Shown: positions 29,835-36,187, counted from the stretch's first letter. The stretch is DNA of 36,187 nucleotides from Bacteroidota bacterium (GCA_051746885.1 JBNJFN010000002.1:1-36187), one strand, 5' to 3'. Notes: generated by a model from the letters alone, not told the origin. Numbers and translations: made by a program.

Positions 29835-31247
29835 TTAGTTGTCGTAATACAGGAAGAACTCATAGGGATGAGGTCTGAGCGCAAGTTCATTCAGCTCATT
29901 TTCCTTTTTGTATTCAATATAGGTTTGAATTAAATCATCTGTAAACACATTTCCTTTGGTAAGATACTCATGGTCTTTCTCAAGAGCTTCCAGGGCTTCA
30001 TCCAGAGAGCCGGGAACTTTTGGCACTTTGGCCAGCTCCTTAGGAGCCATGGAATAGATGTCTTTATCCAAAGCATCTCCCGGGTCGATTTTGTTCTCGA
30101 TTCCGTCCAGCGTTGCCATCAGCATGGCTGTAAACATCAGATAACCATTTGCCGTTGGATCCGGGCATCGGAATTCGAAACGTTTGGACTTTGGAGATTT
30201 GGAATACATAGGTATTCTGACGGCTGCAGACCGGTTCCTCTGTGAATAAGCCAGGTTTACCGGTGCTTCAAAGCCCGGCACCAATCGCCGGTATGAATTG
30301 GTTGTGGGAGCGGCAAAAGCCAGAATGGAAGCAGCATGTTTCAGTACGCCTCCAATGCCGTAAACCGCTTCCTGAGAAAGCCCCGCATATTTATCTCCTG
30401 CAAACATCGGCTTCCCTTCTTTCCATAAGGAGAGATGGGTATGCATGCCACTTCCGTTGTCCTGGAAGATGGGCTTGGGCATGAATGTCACCGTTTTATT
30501 ATGGGTTTTGGCTACGTTTTTAACGACGTATTTAAACCACATGAACTGATCGGCCATGGTAAGCAGGTCGGCAAATTTCATATCAATTTCGGACTGTCCG
30601 CCTGTACCTACTTCGTGATGATGGGCTTCAATTACAAATCCCAGCTTCCTCAGCACGTCGACCATTTCTCCCCGCATGTCATGATAGGTATCTGTAGGAC
30701 TTACCGGGAAATAGCCTCCCTTGTAACTTGGTTTATAACCCAGGTTGGGTTCTTCAATCCGGTTGGTATTCCATGCTCCTTCATTGGAATCTATCTGATA
30801 CATGCCCAGGTTTTGTTTTTGATCGTAACGAATCTCATCAAAGATGAAAAATTCAGGTTCAGGACCAATAAAACAGGTGTCCCCTAATCCGGATTTCTTC
30901 ATATGCTCAATACCTTTTTGAGCCACATACCTCGGATCCCTCGTGTAAGGCTTCAGAGATATCGGGTCATACACATCGGCAATAACGCTTACAGTGGGCT
31001 TTGCAAAAAAAGGATCCATTTTTACGGTGGAAGGATCGGGAATGGCAACCATATCTGACATGTGAATGTTCTGCCAGCCTCTTATTGATGAACCGTCAAA
31101 CCCTACTCCTTCTTTAAAGGTGTCTTCATCCCAGGTTTCCAGAGGAAAAGTGCAATGCATCCAGGAACCCAGCAGATCGGTGAATTTGAGATCTACCATT
31201 TCAGCTCCGTTCTCTTTGGCGAAATTAAAAAACTCAGTTGGTGTCAT
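29835..31247 (-). CDS. glnA: Glutamine synthetase, type I
   Basis: 470 aa, a GSI-sized protein with a beta-grasp N-domain ([23 protein letters not shown]), the catalytic-domain motif [18 protein letters not shown] and [13 protein letters not shown]. Confidence 0.93.
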   Translation of the reverse strand: MTPTEFFNFAKENGAEMVDLKFTDLLGSWMHCTFPLETWDEDTFKEGVGFDGSSIRGWQNIHMSDMVAIPDPSTVKMDPFFAKPTVSVIADVYDPISLKPYTRDPRYVAQKGIEHMKKSGLGDTCFIGPEPEFFIFDEIRYDQKQNLGMYQIDSNEGAWNTNRIEEPNLGYKPSYKGGYFPVSPTDTYHDMRGEMVDVLRKLGFVIEAHHHEVGTGGQSEIDMKFADLLTMADQFMWFKYVVKNVAKTHNKTVTFMPKPIFQDNGSGMHTHLSLWKEGKPMFAGDKYAGLSQEAVYGIGGVLKHAASILAFAAPTTNSYRRLVPGFEAPVNLAYSQRNRSAAVRIPMYSKSPKSKRFEFRCPDPTANGYLMFTAMLMATLDGIENKIDPGDALDKDIYSMAPKELAKVPKVPGSLDEALEALEKDHEYLTKGNVFTDDLIQTYIEYKKENELNELALRPHPYEFFLYYDN

Positions 31248-31310
31248 ACGATTTAAATTTAAATGGTTTATATAATGGCATTCTGTCGTGACTAAATAAA
31301 GTATAAAAAG

Positions 31311-31440
31311 ATTACCCCTATAATTTCAAGGGGTACTGAATGCAAAAATAAGTATTATTTTAATTAACCCCAAATAATTTTAGGGTAAAATTCAAAAATG
31401 TTTTATTTTTATTTTAATTACCCCTATTTTTATTAGGGCA
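31311..31440. promoter_or_regulatory. Three related dyads ATTA(A)CCCC[TA]A - AT-rich - [TA]AGGG upstream of glnA
   Basis: The dyads are TACCCCT-N9-AGGGGTA at 31313-31335, AACCCCA..TTAGGGT at about 31366-31386 and TACCCCTA..TTAGGG at about 31419-31438. They bracket a candidate minus-strand -7 box. Confidence 0.45.
31343..31350 (-). promoter_or_regulatory. Candidate -7 box (TATTTTTG on minus strand) for glnA
   Basis: Exact TAnnTTTG match 96-103 nt upstream of the glnA ATG. Confidence 0.3.
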
Positions 31441-31623
31441 TGGCATTAAAAAAAATAATATTTATTGCACCAATCCCTTGGAAATTTTGGTAAACTTCCA
31501 AAAGATGGTTGATAGTTTTTAGCCACCAAAACACTAAAGTAACACCAAAGCCTGTTATATGAGTTTTACATTTTTTCTTCATAAATTTTTTGGCTATACC
31601 TTGTAAATAAAAAAAAGAATGTT

Positions 31624-31646
31624 TACATTTGGACAATTATTGTCCA
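31624..31646 (+). promoter_or_regulatory. Candidate promoter -7 box (TACATTTG) overlapping a 17-bp palindromic operator TGGACAAT-T-ATTGTCCA
   Basis: The -7 match is at 31624-31631, with a TTG about 20 nt upstream. The perfect palindrome is at 31630-31646 and ends 16 nt before the HTH gene ATG (31663). Confidence 0.5.
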
Positions 31647-31662
31647 GACATTTTTTATCCAA

Positions 31663-31974
31663 ATGCTAACCATCGGTGAACAAATAAGAAAATTGCGTGA
31701 GGAAAGCGGACTTCCATTAAGGAAAGTAGCAGCAGAACTGGATATTGATCAATCAATCCTGAGCAAAATAGAACGCGGTGAAAGAAAAGCCTCAAAAAAG
31801 CAAATCATTCAGATAGCTAAAATATTCAATGTACAAGAAAAAGACTTACTGATCAATTATTTGAGCGACCAGGTCTTATATGAATTAATGGACAATGAAG
31901 ATTTGGCTACGGATGCATTAAAAGTTGCAGAAAAGAAAATCAAATACAGGAATAAAACAAAAAATGAAAAATAA
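31663..31974 (+). CDS. XRE-family helix-turn-helix transcriptional regulator (possible R-M controller protein)
   Basis: 103 aa. IGEQIRKLREESGLPLRKVAAELDIDQSILSKIERGERKAS is a classic HTH_XRE (Cro/C1) motif. Its stop overlaps the start of the methyltransferase gene. Confidence 0.85.
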   Translation: MLTIGEQIRKLREESGLPLRKVAAELDIDQSILSKIERGERKASKKQIIQIAKIFNVQEKDLLINYLSDQVLYELMDNEDLATDALKVAEKKIKYRNKTKNEK

Positions 31975-33550
31975 ATTACCTGGAGCATCGTCAATCCAAG
32001 AAGAATTGCCCAGCCAATTTGCTGACCAATTGGGTGTGGAATATGCTTCTTCAGTAGATCAGTCACATAAAAAACGTAACGGTCAGTTTTTTACTCCAGT
32101 TGAGATTGCTGCTTTTATGGCTTCTCTCTCTGACTTCAATGGGGATTCCGTTCGTATACTTGATCCCGGGTGCGGTTCAGGAGTGTTATCATGTGCGTTG
32201 ATCGAAAAATTGGTGGATTCGAATAGTAATTTAAAGTATATAGAATTAGTGGGATATGAAACGGAACAAAAACTCTTTTCTACGGCCCATCAATCCTTTG
32301 AATATTTGAAAGAATGGCTGCTAGGAAATGACATCAGCATGGAGTTTAAACTTCACAATGCAGATTTCGTCCTTCATAACGCTGATGCTTTTAAAGAATC
32401 TCGCGACCTGTTCTCAAAAGAAATCGAGCCCTTTGATATAATTATTTCTAATCCCCCATATTTTAAAATCTCCATAAATGATAAAAGAACCGTTGTTTCC
32501 AAAGTCGTTATAAACGGTCATCCGAATATTTATGCCATCTTTATGGCCTTATCTGCAAAAATGCTTAAAGAAAATGGAGAATTGATCTTTATAACACCTC
32601 GCAGTTATGCAGCGGGAAATTATTTTAAACAATTTCGCACGTATTTTTTTAATTTAATTGATTTACAGAGAGCCCATTTATTCGTGTCGCGTAAAGATAC
32701 ATTTAGCCGGGATAAAGTATTACAGGAAACAGTGATTATCAAAGGTACAAGGAATACAAAACAAGAACGAAATACAAATGTAATCGTTTCTTCGTCTGGT
32801 GGATTAAAAGATTTACAGGATGCACGTTTAAAAACATTTTCCAAAAGATTTATAATCGACATTCATTCTGATGAAAAAATCTTATACTTACCTACGAGTG
32901 AGCATGAAGGAAAAATAGTGGAAGTGTTCAAAAAGTGGTCTGGCACTTTGCACAAATATAACATTAAAATTTCTACCGGTCCTGTTGTGGCTTTTCGATC
33001 CTGGGATCACATAAAAAATGAATATAATGATGATAATGAAATAGCACCCTTGTTTTGGATGCATAATGTTAAAAAAATGATATTGGAATGGCCTATCGTA
33101 AAACCCAATAAGGGCCAATATATTACAGTGAATGAAAAATCAAAATCGATTCTTATTCCCAATAAAAACTATATATTCTTAAGACGATTTAGCAGTAAGG
33201 ATGATAAAAACCGTTTAATAGCCGCTCCTTATTTTTGTAATTATATAAATTCTAATTATATAGGAGTGGAAAACAAAGTCAATTATATATATCGACCAAA
33301 CGGACATCTGGAAAGAAATGAAGTTGTTGGTTTATGTGCTTTACTGAATAGTTCTTTATTCGATGAATATTTTCGCATTTTTAACGGCAATGTTAACGTA
33401 AGCGCGACTGAATTACGGGAGATGACCTTGCCTTCTCTTGATATGATTAAAGAAATTGGAGATACAATTATTCTTTCAAATGATTTTTCAATGGCGAATA
33501 TTAATACTATTTTAGATAAATACTTCGAACCAACCATCGTACATGAGTAA
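31964..33550 (+). CDS. Type II N6-adenine DNA methyltransferase, gamma class (Eco57I / M.BsuBI-M.PstI-like)
   Basis: Motif order is GQFFTP (X), ILDPGCGSGVL (I), then IIISNPPYF (IV), with a C-terminal target-recognition region. The ATG at 31964 is preferred over the TTG at 31925. Confidence 0.85.
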   Translation: MKNKLPGASSIQEELPSQFADQLGVEYASSVDQSHKKRNGQFFTPVEIAAFMASLSDFNGDSVRILDPGCGSGVLSCALIEKLVDSNSNLKYIELVGYETEQKLFSTAHQSFEYLKEWLLGNDISMEFKLHNADFVLHNADAFKESRDLFSKEIEPFDIIISNPPYFKISINDKRTVVSKVVINGHPNIYAIFMALSAKMLKENGELIFITPRSYAAGNYFKQFRTYFFNLIDLQRAHLFVSRKDTFSRDKVLQETVIIKGTRNTKQERNTNVIVSSSGGLKDLQDARLKTFSKRFIIDIHSDEKILYLPTSEHEGKIVEVFKKWSGTLHKYNIKISTGPVVAFRSWDHIKNEYNDDNEIAPLFWMHNVKKMILEWPIVKPNKGQYITVNEKSKSILIPNKNYIFLRRFSSKDDKNRLIAAPYFCNYINSNYIGVENKVNYIYRPNGHLERNEVVGLCALLNSSLFDEYFRIFNGNVNVSATELREMTLPSLDMIKEIGDTIILSNDFSMANINTILDKYFEPTIVHE

Positions 33551-34502
33551 AAAAGAAGAAGCAAAACAGATCCTTGAGGCGTTAGGCCTCCCGAGAAGAC
33601 AACAAAATGACCGTTCTGCATTAACACTCCTTGCTTTGTGTTATTTAAGAGAAGATGACGCCTGGAATGAGGCGACTGCAAGCAGTATGTCTGTAGGAGG
33701 TAATAGGGAAAATGCCAAATACGAAGGTATAATGCGTTTTATTTCTGATAATTATAATGTGCATTATGCGGAAAATTCACGGGAGACATTCCGCCGGCAA
33801 ACGCTTCATCAATTTGTTCAGGCAGGTATAGTTGAACATAATCCGGAAAATCCTGATTTACCAACGAACAGTAAGGATAATCATTATAGGATATCCCCGG
33901 AAGCATTAAGCGTTATAAAAGCCTTTAATACAAAAAACTGGAAAACAGAAGTAAAAAAATTCAAAAAGAACATAGGTTTTTTACGCGATAAATATCAAAA
34001 AAAGAAAGATCTACATAAAATACCGGTTAATTTAAAGGAAGGAACAGAACTATCTTTTTCTCCAGGCAAGCATAACGAAGTGCAAATTGCAGTGATTGAA
34101 AAATTTGCCCCTCGTTTCGCTCCGGGAAGCGATTTGTTGTATGTGGGAGATACCGCCAAAAAAGATCTTTATTTGGATGATCAGGGACTTCAAAACTTGG
34201 GTATTCCCATTGATCAACATAGCAAATTGCCGGATATTGTTTTATATGACAAAAACCGGAATTGGTTATTTCTTATCGAGGCTGTTACCTCACATGGACC
34301 GGTTTCACCCAAAAGGCTTCTAGAACTTGAAGAAATGCTAAAAAACTGTAATGTTGGGAAGATTTATGTTTCTGCTTTCCCCGATTTTAAAGAATTTAAT
34401 CGCCACACATCTAATATTGCCTGGGAAACTGAAGTTTGGGTAGTTAGCTTTCCTGATCACATGATCCATTTCAATGGCGATAAATTTATAGGCCCGCAGT
34501 AA
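33543..34502 (+). CDS. BsuBI/PstI-family type II restriction endonuclease
   Basis: 319 aa. The N-terminal part (LGLPRRQQNDRSALTLLAL...NSRETFRRQTLHQF...NPENPDLPTNS) and the C-terminal PD-(D/E)xK-like core (LPDIVLYD...WLFLIEAVTSHGPVSPKR) resemble my recollection of this family. The ATG overlaps the methyltransferase stop (ATGAGTAA). Confidence 0.75.
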   Translation: MSKKEEAKQILEALGLPRRQQNDRSALTLLALCYLREDDAWNEATASSMSVGGNRENAKYEGIMRFISDNYNVHYAENSRETFRRQTLHQFVQAGIVEHNPENPDLPTNSKDNHYRISPEALSVIKAFNTKNWKTEVKKFKKNIGFLRDKYQKKKDLHKIPVNLKEGTELSFSPGKHNEVQIAVIEKFAPRFAPGSDLLYVGDTAKKDLYLDDQGLQNLGIPIDQHSKLPDIVLYDKNRNWLFLIEAVTSHGPVSPKRLLELEEMLKNCNVGKIYVSAFPDFKEFNRHTSNIAWETEVWVVSFPDHMIHFNGDKFIGPQ

Positions 34503-34720
34503 TGAGATATCTTTATTAATCGGTACTATGTTATAAAACATATAACGCTGTAATACTACTATAGCCATAGTTTGTAAGGATTCGTGAAATATTTTTTGGT
34601 TTTCTCATAAAAAAAGTAGCCGATTCTTTTGGTATTTTTTGTATCTTGCCAGTCAGTTTTTTTATAGTGTAATTCCACAGCTTTTCAATTCATTCTAAGT
34701 TTAACTAAAACCTTTTTAAT

Positions 34721-35203
34721 ATGGAAAATAGAGTTACCAATCCCATGCCGGAAGAAAAGTATCAGAAAATTCGAAAACTTATTGACGAATTGTATGAGGA
34801 ACTGGACACAGCAGTGGTACCCATCAGTGATGAAGATAAGAAGGAAATGCAAAAACTGGGCGCAAAAACTATGGAATTTGTCCGAAACAGCGTAAAACAT
34901 GCCAAGCTGACCCCAGAACTGGTGCCTTCCTACATCGATGTGAATGAGATGGAAAAAGATCTCATAACAACTGAGCAAATGCGGGACATCTCCCTCAGAC
35001 TGGAAAAGCTTAGTAATCTTGTTGGAGACACCTATGTACTTGCCGGCAGTGAGCTCTATGACAGCTCCCTGATTTTCTACCACAGCGTAAAGGGCGGCGT
35101 CAGGGCCAACATCCCCGGAGCAGAAGAAGCTTACGAAGATCTTAGTGTACGCTTCCCCGGCCGGCCTTCCAAAGCCAGTGAAGAGGCGGAGCCTGCAGAA
35201 TAA
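34721..35203 (+). CDS. Conserved hypothetical protein (acidic, predicted all-helical, no TM or signal)
   Basis: 160-aa ORF followed by a strong terminator. I recognise the general pattern (..KMG.K...FV...V..A...PELVPSY.D...ME.DL......L....EKL...DT..LAGSE.Y...L.FY.SVK......PGA...Y.DL..RFP) as recurring in Bacteroidota hypotheticals, but know no function for it. Confidence 0.65.
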   Translation: MENRVTNPMPEEKYQKIRKLIDELYEELDTAVVPISDEDKKEMQKLGAKTMEFVRNSVKHAKLTPELVPSYIDVNEMEKDLITTEQMRDISLRLEKLSNLVGDTYVLAGSELYDSSLIFYHSVKGGVRANIPGAEEAYEDLSVRFPGRPSKASEEAEPAE

Positions 35204-35231
35204 AATTTATAATCTGTATCTTCCGGTGGTC

Positions 35232-35280
35232 GAAAAACGTTCTTGCAGGTTTTTCAGTTTCAACCTGTAAGAGCGTTTTT
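35232..35280 (+). terminator. Intrinsic terminator of the 160-aa gene
   Basis: AAAAACGTTCTTGCAGGTT - 10 nt loop - AACCTGTAAGAGCGTTTTT forms a 19-bp stem. Its two non-Watson-Crick positions are G-U pairs only when transcribed from the + strand, and it ends in TTTTT. Confidence 0.8.
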
Positions 35281-35362
35281 CATTAATCACCGTTCCTACT
35301 TTTGGCTCCTTCGTTCAAAACTTAAACAATGTCCTGAAGCATTTTTCTTCAAAATCCGTGTT

Positions 35363-35960
35363 ACAAAAAAGTCACTCGGAGACACTTGTTAATAACCTGT
35401 CGCGAGGAAAAAGTATTTTTCAATTGACTTTTTAATTACTTCGACTCACAAAAAAGTCCTTCCAAATCCCGTGAAATTAACCTGAAACCCACTTTTAAGC
35501 AGCTTTGTTGTAGAAAGAAGTAGCCCAGAGTCACTTTTTAGTAGGTTTGAGTAAGAAAAAAGTCACTTACAATCCACAAAAAAGTCACCCAGAAACACTT
35601 TTTAATAACCTGTGGTGAGAAAAAAGTATGCTTCTACTGACTTTTTTGTCGCTTCGACTGACAAAAAAGTCACTCACAATTACTTTTAAGTAACTTATTG
35701 GAAGAAAAAAGTACCCTTCAGGTGAGTTTTTAGTCACTTCAAGTGTCTAAAAAGTCGTATCGAGGGGCGAGAAAGTCATCTGGGGTGACAAAAAAGTAAG
35801 CTAAAACTACTTTTTTGTCGGTTCAAGTAATAAAAAAATTGTGTGGACCCAGAAAAAAGTACTTCCAGGGTATTAAAAATACCTTGAAACCACAAAAAAT
35901 ACCTTCAAAGGTATTTTTAATACCTTTTGGGGAGAAAAAAATGGTTGGGAGGTATTTTTC
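35363..35960. repeat. Phased array of alternately oriented A5-6GT / ACT5-6 motifs (~21-bp spacing) with two ~212-bp higher-order copies
   Basis: About 28 motif copies were read directly. Blocks 35363-35575 and 35576-35787 align unit for unit. No ORF of 61 aa or more exists in any frame across 35204-35979. Confidence 0.85.
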
Positions 35961-35966
35961 TTATTA

Positions 35967-35991
35967 AGTTTTTTGATATTTAGCATATCTC
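35967..35991. repeat. 25-nt exact direct repeat AGTTTTTTGATATTTAGCATATCTC (copy 1 of 2)
   Basis: Identical to 36146-36170. It contains the minus-strand ATGCTAA stop/start overlap. Confidence 0.95.
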
Positions 35992-36165
35992 TTTTCCCTC
36001 TTTAGCCTCATCAATTAAGAAATCTAATTTTCCTGCACCGGAATCCTTTTTTATTTCATTATCCCATTTTTCCCAGTCCTTTTCTGCAATCCAGCGCCTC
36101 AGTTCATTAAAATCCGATTCCGGGAGCTTTTCTATTTCATTTTTGAGTTTTTTGATATTTAGCAT
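35980..36165 (-). CDS. Small (61 aa) hypothetical protein, antitoxin-like in size and charge
   Basis: MLNIKKLKNEIEKLPESDFNELRRWIAEKDWEKWDNEIKKDSGAGKLDFLIDEAKEGKEIC. This recalls a small-protein pattern (LP..E..EFR.W....D...WD..I..D...GKLD.L..EA) I remember from cyanobacteria and Bacteroidota. Its function is unknown. Confidence 0.55.
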   Translation of the reverse strand: MLNIKKLKNEIEKLPESDFNELRRWIAEKDWEKWDNEIKKDSGAGKLDFLIDEAKEGKEIC

Positions 36166-36170
36166 ATCTC
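36146..36170. repeat. 25-nt exact direct repeat (copy 2 of 2)
   Basis: Identical to 35967-35991 and located 179 bp away. Confidence 0.95.
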
Positions 36171-36187
36171 ACCTTCCTTTTTGGATT
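36159..36187 (-). CDS. 3' end of an upstream paralogous small gene (..SKKEGEIC*), truncated by the window edge
   Basis: The minus-strand frame reads S K K E G E I C stop, with the TAA at 36159-36161 overlapping the next ATG. The C-terminus mirrors ..AKEGKEIC* of the 61-aa ORF. Confidence 0.45.

Noticed and set aside
31433-31636. 67-aa minus-strand ORF in the glnA / HTH intergenic spacer
   Set aside because: It lies in very AT-rich DNA with an implausible composition (Lys/Phe-rich, no motifs) and overlaps the predicted promoter and operator of the R-M operon. It is likely spurious.
34685-35083. 132-aa minus-strand ORF antisense to the 160-aa gene
   Set aside because: It is entirely contained within and antisense to the + strand ORF. 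The + strand ORF has the better coding character, a family-like sequence pattern and a strand-specific terminator.
35297-35965. CRISPR array interpretation of the repeat region
   Set aside because: The repeated element is an 8-13-nt A/T motif in alternating orientation with ~21-bp spacing. It is not a 24-48-nt conserved direct repeat separated by unique spacers. The 'spacers' are themselves homologous between the 212-bp blocks, and no cas genes are in the window.
35297-35965. Chromosomal replication origin (oriC) interpretation of the AT-rich array
   Set aside because: I found only weak DnaA-box-like strings (for example AATCCACAA at 35571-35579 and GTCCACA-like on the opposite strand near 35842), with no cluster of TTATCCACA boxes. 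No dnaA, dnaN or other origin-linked genes are nearby. A plasmid- or ICE-type iteron function remains possible but unsupported.
1-36187. Using CTGCAG (PstI/BsuBI site) avoidance to infer the specificity of the R-M system
   Set aside because: I found at least 8 CTGCAG sites, at 8569, 16061, 19841, 22934, 25342, 28423, 30224 and 35193. About 9 are expected for a random 36-kb sequence with equal base frequencies. There is no depletion signal, so specificity cannot be inferred from this window.

Overview
This window looks like a Bacteroidota chromosome segment. The taxon call is an inference from a TonB-dependent receptor with a CarboxypepD_reg-type N-domain, TAnnTTTG-type -7 boxes and many secreted peptidases. 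nt 1-31250 is ordinary, densely coding housekeeping and metabolic DNA. It holds DUF169 (partial), an EEP-family hydrolase, an S9 peptidase, an AMP-forming acyl-CoA ligase, a Tat-signal aldo/keto reductase, a Gfo/Idh/MocA oxidoreductase, two MFS transporters, a DUF2007 protein, a Na+/solute symporter, recR, a TPR protein, a TonB-dependent receptor, a secreted 31-aa-repeat protein, an M3 oligopeptidase, glyA, a TauE/SafE exporter and a GS-GOGAT nitrogen-assimilation block (glnA, gltB, gltD, all on the minus strand). From about 31250 to the window end the DNA is visibly more AT-rich (by eye, not computed) and accessory in character. (i) An XRE-HTH / gamma-class N6-adenine methyltransferase / BsuBI-PstI-family endonuclease operon has overlapping stop and start codons and a 17-bp palindrome on its promoter. 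(ii) A 160-aa conserved hypothetical gene ends in a strong strand-specific terminator. (iii) An ORF-free stretch of about 680 bp carries alternately oriented A6GT / ACT6 motifs phased every ~21 bp (42-bp dyad period, two ~212-bp higher-order copies). (iv) Tandem small paralogous genes are chained by ATGCTAA stop/start overlaps and run off the window edge. No rRNA, tRNA, CRISPR array, transposase or integrase was recognised. The phased repeat array and its flanking small genes are the least explained part of the window and the best candidate for something undescribed. All family assignments are from reading the translations, and no database search was run.
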